Shown: positions 35,790 through 48,358 of the stretch, one piece after another
How positions within the stretch are numbered: the stretch's first letter is position 1
How the letters are laid out: every line of letters starts with the position of its first letter
NCBI GenBank assembly: GCA_009103225.1
Contig: RHPI01000585.1
Coordinates: 124,001 to 188,000 of the forward strand
Source of the DNA: Chlorokybus atmophyticus
Taxonomy: Eukaryota > Plantae > Mesostigma and Chlorokybus algae
Reading direction: 5' to 3'
DNA: 64,000 bases
Program-made: the position numbers and the translations under genes
The notes under the pieces: generated by a model
What the model was told of the DNA's origin: nothing
Database searches by the model: none
What the model saw: the letters and a program-made list of their open reading frames with translations, nothing else

Positions 35790-38700
35790 CTATCGCATGT
35801 TGGGCAGCTCGTCTGAGAGCAGTGTCACGGGGGTAGTGAGGTCCCACGTCTTGCGTGTGTACTTTGGAGCGGGGCTCGGCGTGCGCGTCATCAACATCGA
35901 CTGTGACATTGGACTCGAGCGCATGTGTTGCTGCTGCTGCTGCAGTTGCTGCTGTTGCTTCTGCTGCTGCTGATGGTATTGCCAGATGGAATTGTACAGC
36001 GCCGACGTGATGAGCTTCTGCTCTCTTACTGCCTGCTCCAGACGCGCTTCCATTGTTTTCTTCAGCACCGCCAGCTCGTTCTCTTTGGCCTCCAGTCGCT
36101 TGGCCAAGCTGTTCATCTGTTGACAAACACGCATCAGTCATTGGAATCAAGTTACCACTGTACATGCACACAGATGCACTCATGCACACACGTGCACACG
36201 CACACAGTCACATGCACATGCACATGTGTGCACACAGGTATGCACGTGTACACACGCACGCACGCACGCACGGACTCTTGGCAAGTGATGTAGCACTGTG
36301 GCAGTGTGGTTCACCTGAGGGTTGCTGTTCTCCTTATTGCTGTCGGCTGCTGCCATGACCTCCTGCTGCCTGCGCAGCTTCTGCCTGAGCTCGACCACCC
36401 GCTGCCCGAGCTCGGCATTTTCCTCCCGCAAACTGGCGAGCTCCATAGATGTGTCGGGCTCCAGCTGCGTCCACACCACGCTGCTCGGCATTGGGGGAGA
36501 CTGCTTCTGCAACTCCAATGCACGAACCTGCCAAATGAGCAATCCGTCACATACGCACGCACGCACACACACGCACGCGCACGCGCACGCGCACTCCCTG
36601 TACGCACCCTCCTGCACGTGTGCACGCATGCCTAACATTACACTCATACACGTGCGCACGTGCAGTCGTGCATACTCACTCGCATAAACACCCTCATGCA
36701 CGTGTGCACGCACGCCTTAACACTATTGACATGCTCGCCCTATCAGGTATGCTCAATGCAAAATTGTGCATAAGGCGTGAACCCTTCTCACCTGGTCCTC
36801 AAGGTCCTGATGCAGTCTGCGCAGCACGCCCTCGTTCTCCTGCGCCGCCTCGGCTCGCGCGCGCAGGTCCCGCATGTTGCGATGCAGGTTGGCGGCGTCG
36901 CCTTCGAGCTCGGCCACGCGGAGGAGCGCGCCGTCGAGCTCCTCTCTCAGCATGTCCTCGCGCTCCTCCGAGGCCGCGAGGCGCTCGTGTAGGTGAGAGA
37001 CTTCACGAAGCTGCTTGAGCTGCAGCAAAGCAGTCAATGCAGGGTTATGCATATTGCGAGGGTGCGTGTACATTTGTGCGTATGTGTGTTTGCACGCGCA
37101 AACACCCAAAATATGCGCGCGAGTAGTCACTCAACTTGTGTGCGTCTGTGTGTGCATTCAATACGCATTGTGACACAAACAGTTGTTGCTCACCTGCGCG
37201 TTGTTCTGCTCTTGCAGGGCAGCCACCGTCATCTTTGCTTCCACCAGCTCAGTCAGCAAATCCTCATCATGTGGTGCTCCAACATGCTGGCTTTGCATCA
37301 AATGCTGCATCTGTGTAACAGAGACGCAGAAATTCATTGCAAGTTTTGGAGATCATTGCTAGTAGCGCATACAAGTGTTGAATCTGGTCTTGCTGAAGTG
37401 TCGAGCAACAATCGATGCCAGATGGTCTGCATAATATGTGAGCATGCCAATGCACACACGCACGCACAGACACAGATGCACCGAAGCAAGCAACCACACC
37501 CGCAAGCATGCACACACACAAACACATACTCACGAACATACCCATGCGAGCATCCACACACGTGCTCGTTGCATACCTCTGCCAGTTCATCTTCCGCGCG
37601 CGTGAGTTTCTGCTGCATTTCATCAACTCGCGCCAACCACTCCGCCTCGCACTTGCGCACGTGCATAATCTGTTGCGCGCTCGCACGCAGCGTCTGCTGC
37701 GCTTCGGTCAGCTCGCGCGCTTGTTGATCGCACTCTTTCCTCGAAGTCGCCAGCTGGCTAGCCTTCGCTTGCGCCTCCTCGTTGGCATCCACCAGCTGGC
37801 GCAGCTTGTCGGCTGCATCGGTCTGCAAGGCTTCCAGCTGCTGCGCTTTGCTCGCGTAATCTGCTTTGGTAGCGACAAGCTTCTCGTGTCGTGTCGCCGC
37901 TTCTGCATGGGCAGCTGCAAGCGCTTCCTGTACAACATCCAGAAGGGTTAGCGCCAATCAACCGTATAGCCATCATCTTATATGGTGTGCCTAAGACAGA
38001 ACAGGCCCTCTAGTCAGCACACGCGCATTGGTATAGCCATGATCTTACATGCTGTGCTCAACAGCACGTGTGCGCATACGCACACCTGCACAAATAAGCA
38101 TACACGCACACACACATATACACAAAGACACGCATGCGCACACGTATGCACGCACGCGTGCGCGCACACACACACTTTCAGTACCTGCAGGTCTGCCAGT
38201 TGCTTTGCTTTGCTTGTGGCGTCCCCTTTTGCTGCAATCAGCTTCTCGTGTTGGACTGCCATCTCCGTGTGCGCCGCCGCGAGCGCTTGCTGTACAGCCA
38301 CAAGGTTGTATATTCCTCAATACCCTAAGCATGAGAGAGCACTCCGCATCAACACTTGAACAGAACCTCTTGCTGACCTTTAACTCCACCGCTCGCTGCT
38401 CAGCCCCTGCACACCTCTCTTCTGCCTCCACGACTTGTTGAGCCGCTTCGTAATGCTGCTCAGCGGTACGCTGCCGCTCAACCGCCTGTACATTTACAAG
38501 GCATGCTTGATGCTAGCAGATCTTGCTCGGAACAGGGCAATGCTCGTCATGTGTCTGTGCGCGCATGTGTGTGTCCGCGAGCGTGTGTCTGTGTCTGTAT
38601 GTGTCTGCATGCACGTGGCTGTGTGCATGAGTGTGTGCACGTGCGCGTGCGGTCGCCTATGCGCGCACACGCACCACATGTTTGGGCACATGTGCATGCG

Positions 38701-40832
38701 CCTGCTGGGGCAGGTACCTGGTCAAGTTGGAGAGTCTGGCTGAGTGTGAGCAGGCTCGCTGCCCCGCGCGAAGCTCTCAGCCGCTTGTTCTCCGCCTCAA
38801 GTTCATGCATACGGCTTTCCACCTCTTCATTCGCATCAGACTGCATGCACACACACATACACATATACCTCAGTCTCACGCACAATCCCCGTAAGTTGTG
38901 TTGAAAACCACATTACCTTTTGTGTCAACATGGGAGGAGGCGTGTGGGCACGCTGTTGATGCATAAGCTCAGCTTTCAAAGCCTGCACTTTGGCAGTGAG
39001 GCGATGCTCGCGAGTTGCGGCTTCGTCGCACTCTGTCTCAGCCTTATAAAGAGCTGTCCTCAGAGCCGCACTTTCAGCTAGAGCCTCCTGCAACTCGTCC
39101 TCACGGCGCGCAAGGAGAGCCTGCACGTTGCGTCGATGTTGTGTCGATGGCAATCAAGTGCAAGCTTGCAGCATGTGTGAGTTCACGATGTGGTCTCCTA
39201 CGCACCTGACACTGGTCGAGTTGGCCGAGCAGTGTGGGAAGCTCCGGCAGGGCGGCCTCCAGCATCTCAATGCGCATGGCATCCTCCGAGTGCTGCTGCT
39301 GGAGCGCGCGCACCTCCTAAGGACATAGACAATGTTGGCAGTCGTCATGCAGTTCAGTGATGAGGAATCGCCTGACGTGCATGCATGTTCATGTGCGTGC
39401 GTAGTTGTGTGTGTACATCTGCGTGCACAAGTGCATATGTGTGTACGTGCGCGTGTGCATGGCGTGTGCATACATACATATGTATTGTGCATACATGTGC
39501 TTGTGTGATAATGATGGTACATGTGCATGCAAAAGAAAGTACACATGCCGCCAGACTGACTTGTGCAAGTGACGCATCGCCACTGGTCCCATGGCTCTGC
39601 GCCTCAAGTTCGTCACGCGCAAACTGCAGGTCGGCCTCGAGCGCCACATTCGCATCATACAGCTGCACACAACCACAATTACAACCACGCCGACTTGCAA
39701 ACTGACATCATCGACATTGACACCACCCCACGAAAGCATAACAATACAAAATTCTCACCTGCGCGTATGATGCTCGCAGCCGTTCGAGTTCTTCGTGCAG
39801 TCTCTCCACCAGGCCAGACTGGCTTCCATCTTCTTCATACGCCTCCATCGCAGGCTCAATCAGGCCAGCTGGCTCGGGCCGCACGCGGGCACGCACGCGC
39901 TGGTGCAGCTTCCACAGCAGGGCTTGCGCGCGGGGGTCCAGACCCGCTATCGCCTGCAAGTGGACTCTGTATGTGGGCGTGTGTGGGCGTGCTTGTGTGC
40001 GTTTGGCACAGTGAGAGCCCACACAGCTGGCACTCACCTGCCAATATAGCTCCTTGTTGTCGCTCTCCATAACAACGTACAGCACCTGTTGCAGCAATTC
40101 AGTGTCAAGAGTTAGGAGCAACTTGCAACCCACATGCTTGCAACAACACCAAAGCTTTGTTTATAATGTGACTGATCGGGACACACTCAAGAGATATACT
40201 CAAGAAAGCGGCCAGCAGTCACAACATTACACACGCATTGAGCTATTTCTATTCGTAAGTCTAACAAACGCGGTGAAGTGCACAAAATGAAGACTAGCGC
40301 TGGCTATGCGATGAGTGGAATGCACTGCAAGCTAGATCTCTTGCAGGTAATGCAGCAAGCAACACACCACTTCTTGTGCTTCCTTTCAGCCTTTCTCACC
40401 CTTTCAGCCGTGGCGAGGACTGAAAGAATTGCGGGCTCAGCATTGTTAGCATTAGACACTGCTGCCATGACGTCCGCCTTGGCCGCCTCCGCCTCCTTGG
40501 GGCACACCTCGCTGTAGTACTCCGCCAGGCCGGAGGCCAGGGCGGCGGCGGCCTTGCCTGGCATGCCCGCCTTGAGGGCGGAAGCGTCGAAGTAGAGAGG
40601 CACGGCTGAAGAAACTATGAACAACCAGGCCACCTACAAGAAAGAGGAGGACATTGACGACGATGAGCTCAGCCACATGGGCGGCAAGGACAGTGAGTAC
40701 AAACCTACACAAAGACAAACACAAAGACAGCCTGTGGCTCACCCCGTCGCGCAGGTTGTGCACATCGTAGGCTGGAGAAGGCAACGGGAAGGTGTTCACC
40801 CAGGCGACGATGGCGCTGGCCACGTCCGCCAT
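35790..40832 (-). CDS. HOOK-family microtubule/cargo-adaptor coiled-coil protein; many exons
   Basis: N-terminal MADVASAIVAWVNTFPLPSPAYDVHNLRDGV and LLQQVLYVVMESDNKELY|..AIAGLDPRAQALL (HOOK domain-like); long heptad-rich exons; C-terminal REQKLITSALYN motif; TAG at 35790. Exon set only partly traced. Confidence 0.8.
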
Positions 40833-41315
40833 GCTGTCGCCCGCCGCCTCCGCAGCTTGCTTGAAGCCAAAACAGCTTGCAGCAACAAACATATTCGTAT
40901 TTTGAATAAAGCTGGCGGGAGAGAGGGAACCGATTTCGCGTGTTCTCGAACGAACCCTGGCTAAGACAGCAGGCTTCATCAATCTAGATCGGACACTAGG
41001 GCGAGAAAGTTTGTTAGCTGACGTGGCGAACCGGCGGCGAAGGTGGAGGAGGGGGACGAGGAGAAGGTGTAAAACGAGGTGGACGGCGTGGGTAGGGTTG
41101 GTTGTGCTGATGGGAGGAGCTGCTGCCAGGCTTCGTTGGTGATGGTGGCGGCTTGCCACGCGGCTGCTGCGGCTGTCGCCGCCAGCAGACGCCACCGTCC
41201 TTCAGCGCCTCGCCGGCCGGCCAGGGCGCCGGGGTTCTTGGGGGACGTGTCCGGGACGTCGCCGGCTGCAGGAGCGTGGAGATTGCCTGTCAGGACGCTA
41301 TCCCGGGTGCTGTCC

Positions 41316-42355
41316 ATGGCGGCGTCAGGCGAACGAGAAGTGAGAAGTAACTCTTAACCTGTGGCCTGGTTACATGCATGCACTGGATACGCTTGAGCAA
41401 CATGCTGTTGTTGTGGTTCGGTGAAGGGGGGGCTTGCTCCGGAGTATAGAGTGCCTCAGGAGACGGCGGTGGTGACGGAGCGAGCGTCTGCATTGCACGA
41501 TTTCTGCCTGACAATTCCTTATGGGTGAGACACACAATGACAACAATACTGCTTGTTCAACTGCTCATTTACTTCGGCGCAAGTTGTCCCATGATTGCCG
41601 ATATGATCATTAACTGTGTGGAACACCACACAGTTAGTGATTTCTGTTTACATGCACATGCATGCGCAAAGAACTTGCTGAAGTCTGGCTGCTTATCAAT
41701 GCTGCCAGGTTCATTGTGGCTATCGGTGGTCTGGCTGGGTTCATCGCCAAGCGCAGCATGGCCTCGCTTGCCGCTGGCGGCGGAAGCGGCCTGCTGCTGT
41801 GGCTGTTGGGGTCGCTCTCGCTCAAAGCGTGGCAGGCTGGCAGGTCCTCATTGCCGTACACGGTCGCGGCACAAGGTAGGCAATTGTTAGATCAACATGA
41901 CACTGTGCATGTTGGTGCGTCATTTGTGTACTGCAAATCTGCAATGACGCACACTTCCCAACTTTTGTTGCAGTCATCGCGTGTGCGTTGACGTACATCA
42001 TGGGCACTCGGTGGCGTGCGGTACGTTACACATGAGCTGCATTGCTAACACTCATAATCCAGTAGCTTGGTGCAATTATCAAGGATGTTGTCTTGTGTTT
42101 GGTGCATGCAGGGAGGCAAGTTCTTTCCTGCTGGCTTTGTCGCGATCTTCAGGTGTGCATGGTTGCAAGTTGCAATCTATGTTATTTGTCAACAAGATCA
42201 GGCAGTGCTTTTGCTGTACTGACATGTTTGTGTATGGTTGTGAGAAGTAGTCATTGACTGTAGTGCTTGGCAGTGGGCTGATGGTGCTATTCTATGCGTA
42301 CAACATGCTCGCGGGTGGCAACCCAAAGAAGAAGAGGAAGACCAGCACCGAATAA
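41316..42355 (+). CDS. TMEM14 / FAX5-6-like small membrane protein (6 exons)
   Basis: Splices in phase: MAASGERE|ETAVVTERASALHDFCLTIPYG|FIVAIGGLAGFIAKRSMASLAAGGGSG...|VIACALTYIMGTRWRA|GGKFFPAGFVAIFS|GLMVLFYAYNMLAGGNPKKKRKTSTE*; HDFCxTIPYG and KFFPAG are TMEM14/FAX hallmarks. Confidence 0.88.
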
Positions 42356-43176
42356 CGCTCGCTGTTAGGCACTAGGCATGTGCTGTACAGTTGTGTACAG
42401 GATTGAGGGGTTTTGCTTCACGCGTTCGTTGCCATGGTGAAGCGCAAGCCGGCCACTGTTATGCTGATCTTGGGACGCGCACTTGCACGGTCGCATGCTC
42501 AAGCCAACCTTGTGGGTTTTTTCCCATCTACAGTTGCCAGTTGATCACTGTGGATAGGAAGCCAAGGCTGTTGAGTTGAGGTAGTGCATTCCCTTGCAAC
42601 AGACGTAGTGATGCGAGTTGGGTTCAGCCAATTCCAGGCCATGCTGTTATTTTCTAGAATAATGCATCTCTGGAAACTTACCCCGAGTAGCTGCACATTT
42701 CAATGCAACATGGCGCGGTGTGCATGCGGCTTACAGCACACGCACAAGAGCGCGCACAAACAGAGGGTAACAATGGTTCATCAAGGAACAACCCAACAGA
42801 ACCAACCGAGCACAATGCTGCATATGCTTCAAGTGAGGGAATGAAAGACAGTTTACTAGTTACAAGTGTACACGGGTGCAGCAAGTGGCACTGGTTGAAA
42901 AGGGTGTAGCGTGTAGCAGCACAGCAGACATGCATGTACCGGTAAGTGGATGCACTACTTTGTGATCCTGTGTGTGCTGCTTGAAAGTGGATGCTTGTGC
43001 ATTGTTTGAGTGTGCAGTTGACACGAAGAGATTGTGCATACGCAGGCACGAAGGCCACACTTACAAGAGTTACAAAAACATGAAGACCGCGTACTGATGT
43101 ATAAAAGTGACTTGCAGTTGTCAACTGCAACATCTACGGAGATCTTGACCGTTATCAGGTGCTGCTGGGTTGGCGC

Positions 43177-44114
43177 TCACTTGCCACCGGACACCTTCTG
43201 CCAAGCAGGGCGGGAAGAGATGCGCTCCCACCATGCCTTGACCTGCACAGCAAGCAGTGTGTGGGACTTCTTGCATTGCATTCCCACCCTTACGCTTATA
43301 CCAGAGCTGAGCATGCAGTTTGACAAGACACAGCATGTACTATGGCTCGCAGCATTGGTTTCGAGACTGGTCATGGACAAGCAATGGTGAGGTTCATAAA
43401 CTCGAACCAATGAGGTTTGAAGTGCGCTGCTTACGTGAGGGCGGGAGGTAATCAAGTCACCCGAGTTACAGGCAAACAGGTAGGCAGTATAAGGGAGGTG
43501 GGAGAGGTCGGCGAGGGAGTACTTGTTGCCAGCGAGGTACTGGTTGCCGGTCTCGGCGAAGTGGGCCTCGTAGATGTCCAGCACGCGCTCCAGCTTGGCC
43601 GTCTCAGCCTCCACCTTGGCCTGGTCGGTCTGCCCGCCCATCATAGGGGCAAAAAACTTCTGGCCCACGATAGCAGAGATTGGGGGGTTGTAGTTGGCCT
43701 GTCACCAGCAGCACACGACAGTCATGAATGAGGCTTGTGCTTACAATGTTGGCCAGCATGATGGCAGCTAACAAGCAGACGCCTTGGACCGAAAGCATGC
43801 TTACTTACCTGTTCAACCTCAAGCCACTGGTCGACCATTGCCTTCTCCTCCAGGGTGCTGCCAGCGAGGTCGTCGCCGTTCTTGCTGCTGCGGATGAGGT
43901 GGCGGGCAATGGCTCTGGACTCAAACACCCTCAAGTTGCCATCCTCCAAGATAGGGATCTGGCCGAAGGGCTGCTTGGCCAGGTAGTCGGGCTGCTTGTG
44001 CTCGCCCTTGCTCATGTCCACCGTCACCAGCTCCGCCGGTATGCCCAGCTCCTCCGCCACTGTCAGCGCCCTCCTGGTGCAAGTGCTGAAGCTGCTGCCG
44101 TACACTTTCACCAT
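43177..44114 (-). CDS. Glutathione S-transferase, Phi-like, copy 1 (3 exons, ~211 aa)
   Basis: Exons 44114-43809, 43698-43435, 43242-43177; motifs GSSFSTCTRR, QPFGQIP, FESRAI, WLEVE, YLAGNKYSLADLSHLP, VKAWWERI. Confidence 0.93.
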
Positions 44115-44254
44115 CTTGAACACTGCCGACAACGACAAGAGACAAGCTTGGTGACGGCGAGCACAGCAGCAAGAAGCTCAGCAAGCAACAACGACAAGAG
44201 ACAAGCTCCAGCAACAACCTTGCTTGCTTGCATGCAGCAAGCAGCACAAGACCT

Positions 44255-44265
44255 TATATTTATAC
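44255..44265 (-). promoter_or_regulatory. Candidate TATA box of GST copy 1
   Basis: Minus-strand GTATAAATATA about 145 bp upstream of the ATG; position-based inference only. Confidence 0.4.
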
Positions 44266-45708
44266 TTCTGCGGGGGCGCCAGTGTAACTGTGAGTGCAGT
44301 CCGACCATCGGTCTTTCCGTTGGAGTAGACTTGTGGTTGGGTCTTTGCGCTGCGTGCTGAACCGGTTGGCTCCGGTCGTTTGGAATCTCTTGCGGGTAAG
44401 GCCGGCGACCTGACATGTGGCAGCCTTTCGTATTCGTCGCACCGAACGACGTGCAGAGGTCACAGGTCAATGAAGCAACTTCCATTGTCTACAGGTCGAT
44501 GAAGCAACTTCCATTGTCCCATGCAAATTGTGTCACACTTGAGATTATCATAACTTGGAATGTGACAGAAAGATGCGTCACACTCAAAGTTATGCCGCGG
44601 TTATGGCTTCACTTACATCATGTAAGTCTTGCCACTCTTGCAAAAATAATCAGATTGTGTAAGTTGTTTTACCTTACCTCATATCTCTTTCGCTCCGTTT
44701 TCTCTATTTCCCTCTCTCGCGTTCACTCTCTTTCCGTCTTTCTCTTGCTCCAAGCATTGCTCTGCCTCTTCATGATTTACATGTCTTACTTGCTATTCCA
44801 TTGCACTTCAGTTAATGATGTTTGTGTTGCGGCGCGTGCATCATAATGTCGACGTGTAATGAGCTGCTCAGCTTCTTCCATCAAATAGCTTAATATATGT
44901 TGGCTGATTAAGTAACTTGCGTTGCGTAGTATATAATGTTGTATGCCCACAATTAACAAAATTATTTATGATATACTCTTACTAAGTTTAAAGAGGTTGT
45001 ATGCATTATACAAGCACGACACAACATGAATGTTGTTCGGCTGTTGACCATGTTTGATGACGCAGTAACTATAGCGTGTAATCAATTAGCGTTAAAAGGT
45101 AGAGTGGATTAGTTAGAACGAGGGTGAGTAGTGGCGGCATGTCTTTGGGGTATGGGGCCTGCCCCGACCTCGTACCGCCAAAAACGCGGCCATTTTTACC
45201 ACTAACTGTGCCGCAATTTGACCAAGTCCCTAGCAATTTTGGGTCGCCGTTGGTAAGCGGTTGCCGCTGATATGTTTCAGCATCTTTTACGCATCTTTGC
45301 AATGATTGGCCATTTCGCTGCCTTTTTGAGCAACTGGCTGTTGTCACCGTTGCGATCCCATTTGATCAAATTCATGCGTTACCAAATGGTGGCCTAACGA
45401 TGCAATTTTTCGTTTAGTTGAATCTTAACGTTAAGGTAATTTAGGTTAGCATTATTCTGATGGTCGTAACCTCGGCATTACTTGCTGAGTATCGCAGCAC
45501 GTACCGTGGCGTGAACGTTACATTGATTATTAAGTTTTGAAACACTTAACAGCATTTGCTAATCATATCGCACCATGTTGCACCATATTGCAGCATATGT
45601 ATCAATATTATTAATGTAATACACTAAAATGATCAACATGCAGCCATAAGCGGCCATGTATGCAGAACTGTGCTTAATTTTACATTTATTGGCATGCGCT
45701 TAAAAAAT

Positions 45709-48358
45709 TGGATGTGCTTTGGACGGCCAGGATCGTGTTTAGGCAGATCTAACGGTGTAACGCTTATTCTCGCCGCCTAGCCAATGAGAAGCAGGCGGGC
45801 CGCACATACTGCCGCGCAGCCCTGCAGTCGCGGGTGCCGTGTGATGGCCCTAACGCGGGGGGTGTGATGTAGGTTGAATGCCGACAGGCCGGCCGGCCCG
45901 ACCAATAGGCGTGATGGGCGTAATGAATCTGCGCTTATAGCATATATATGCTCTTAACGTTCAAAAGCATAACCCTGCCAAGAGCATACGATTTTTGAGG
46001 ATAATAGTATGCTCTGACAAAAGGGTAGACTATATAGTCTACTCCCGGTAAAAGACTTCGGTTTATGAGAATAACCCCGTTGAGATCATAGATTTGCAAA
46101 AGACCAATGGTTTTACAGGCAAATATCATCGGTTAGTGGAATAGTTTTGTACGCATTAAGACTACAACAGAGGGTTAATCTTTTGAGTGAGCTCAGTCTT
46201 GTTACGGGGGAATACCTCGTTGATGGCATGTTTATTTTATTATTATAAGCACAAACATATTAAAAGACTCATATATAGTTACGTAGACTCATGTATAGTT
46301 ATGTAGACTCATGTATAGACTCATATATAGTTACGTATATACTATTAGTAATCAATTTATTGTTGACTATTATTGATTTGGTCTATGCCACGTTGAAATA
46401 TAATAACGTGGCTTACGGTTATTTCGCAATGCCCCTGTTAGTAAAATATATATTATGTAAAGAATAGCATAATAAAAATTATTGTAAACGCCAAGAGAAT
46501 AACCCCGTTGATGGAATGAAAGCTGAAAGATACACGTGATTTGTATAGCGGAGGTAGACTGTAACTGTACACAGATAAGGTACATAATTGCATTGAAACA
46601 TTTATTGTACAGTCTACCCCTTTTAATAGCATACTGTTTATTTTTAAAGATAGTTTGCTCCTGGCGGGGTTATGCTCTTGGCGATAAATAGCGTAATATG
46701 CTCTTAAACATTAAGAGCATTTGTATGCTATAAAGCAGTTTAATACGCCCATCACGCCCATTACATCACGCGCATTACGTCACGTCTATTATGCCATCAC
46801 GCTCATTACGCTGATTACGTGTTGCACTGTATCCCATCACGCCTTGTCCATCACACTCATTACATCTGATGCTAAACCCGTCAGGCGCTACTCCCTCAAT
46901 GTTAAAAATATGCACACTTACATTTGCAAAAATGTCATGAAAAGTAATATGCTCTTCGCGGTTAGTCATATTCTCTGAAGCACTAACATTTGCCTGTAGT
47001 TTAGCGTCGGTGATGTCAAAACGTATGCTACAAGCGGGGTTATTCTCCTGGAGCAAAGTCTCTTAGCGGGGGTGGACTGTATAACGCACACATGACGCAT
47101 ATGTGCACCGTGCATGTTGTGCTCAAAATGTATTTCTTTTATTCATTCGTATACTTTGTGCAATTGCACGATATGGGGATGTGCTTTGGAAGGTTGAAAT
47201 TTGTTTAATACAAATCGAATGGCCGATAGCTGATAAACGTCGCATAGCCAATGAGGCAGGCCGGCTGCTCGGTATGCGCGGCAGGCATGTAGTCTCGGCC
47301 GTGTGTGATGGCCCTCAATGCGCGTGATGTGTCTTTGTGCCCTAATGCCGGCCTCCCGGCCGGCCGGCCGGCCCAATCCCGCCCAATCAGCCGCACCGCT
47401 AGTTGTCTGATTGTATGATACACACATCATAGGTTCTTGTGCATTTCGCGTTTAACACTAGGATGGGAACTGTACTAAACAAAGTACATGTACCCATTTA
47501 GTGCCCAGAGTTGACCCTTTCGGCCGCGAACTAGCGGTGCGGCTGATTGGGCGTGTGGTTGGGCCGGCCGGCCGGCATTAGGGCACAAGACACATCACAC
47601 GCGCACCACGCAGGACGGCCCAGTGACAAACGGCACCCGCGACTGCCGGGCTGCGCGGTATGCGCGGCCCGCCTGCCTCTCATTGCCTAGGCGGCAATAA
47701 TTAGCTATCGGCCGTTCGATCCAACAAAACAAATCTCGACCGTCCAAAGCTCATCCCCATGTCATGCAACTGCTCGAAATGTAGGCGAATGATATATTTA
47801 CTTTATATGTGATGATCTTAATAGCTATATGCAATTATGCCTACATATAGTATTATGCATTGTAATGAATGGTAATCCAAATGTGTATGTGTATCATAAG
47901 CGCAAACTATACATGATATATACGCACTTATATATGAGTAATCTCATATTATACATATATTATAATATATATCATATATAGTTGACAAGATATGCACATA
48001 AATTATAGCAATGCATAGCAATATACACATTATATGCATATAATACTATAATATTATAGAATGTTATGTATGTAGGCAATTTGTATGCATGACATGTATG
48101 ATACATGCAATCTTTTATACATAATATATTGATAGTTTCACATGGCTTATATGATCTGAACATGTCCCACATGTATTAGAATAATACATTAAGTACTAAC
48201 GTTTTTGCCACGTTACGTGCGGAGATATCAAATGGTGCGGCTGTTTTATCGGGCCATCACACGGCACCCGCGACTGTCGGGATGCGCGGCAGTATGTGCG
48301 GCCCGGCTTCTCATTGTCTAGGCGGCGAGTACATGCGTTACACCGTTAGATCTGCCTA
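45709..48358. repeat. Nested inverted-repeat (foldback-like) structure with four copies of a GC-rich ~230-bp module
   Basis: Module at ~45709-45905 (+), ~47140-47403 (+), ~47530-47793 (-) and ~48250-48358 (-); inner pair forms a ~260-bp-arm inverted repeat; 45740-45850 pairs with 48250-48358. Confidence 0.75.
45908..46758. mobile_element. MITE-like element (~850 bp) with ~70-bp imperfect TIRs
   Basis: GGCGTGATGGGCGTAAT...TATAGCAT...ATGCTCTTAA at the left matches the reverse complement of ...TTAAGAGCAT...ATGCTATA...ATACGCCCATCACGCC at the right; AT-rich non-coding interior; TSD not established. Confidence 0.6.

Noticed and set aside
36180-39740. Many overlapping C/V/H/A/T-rich ORFs on both strands
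   Set aside because: Translations of CA/TG-rich introns of the HOOK gene
40979-41317. 112-aa minus-strand ORF starting at the same CCATGG palindrome as the TMEM14 ATG
   Set aside because: No recognisable domain; expected by chance in GC-rich 5' regions; the HOOK domain starts at 40832
44462-44519. 29-bp tandem duplication upstream of GST copy 1 as a possible as-1/ocs-type element
   Set aside because: Lacks the paired TGACG motifs; no support for a regulatory role
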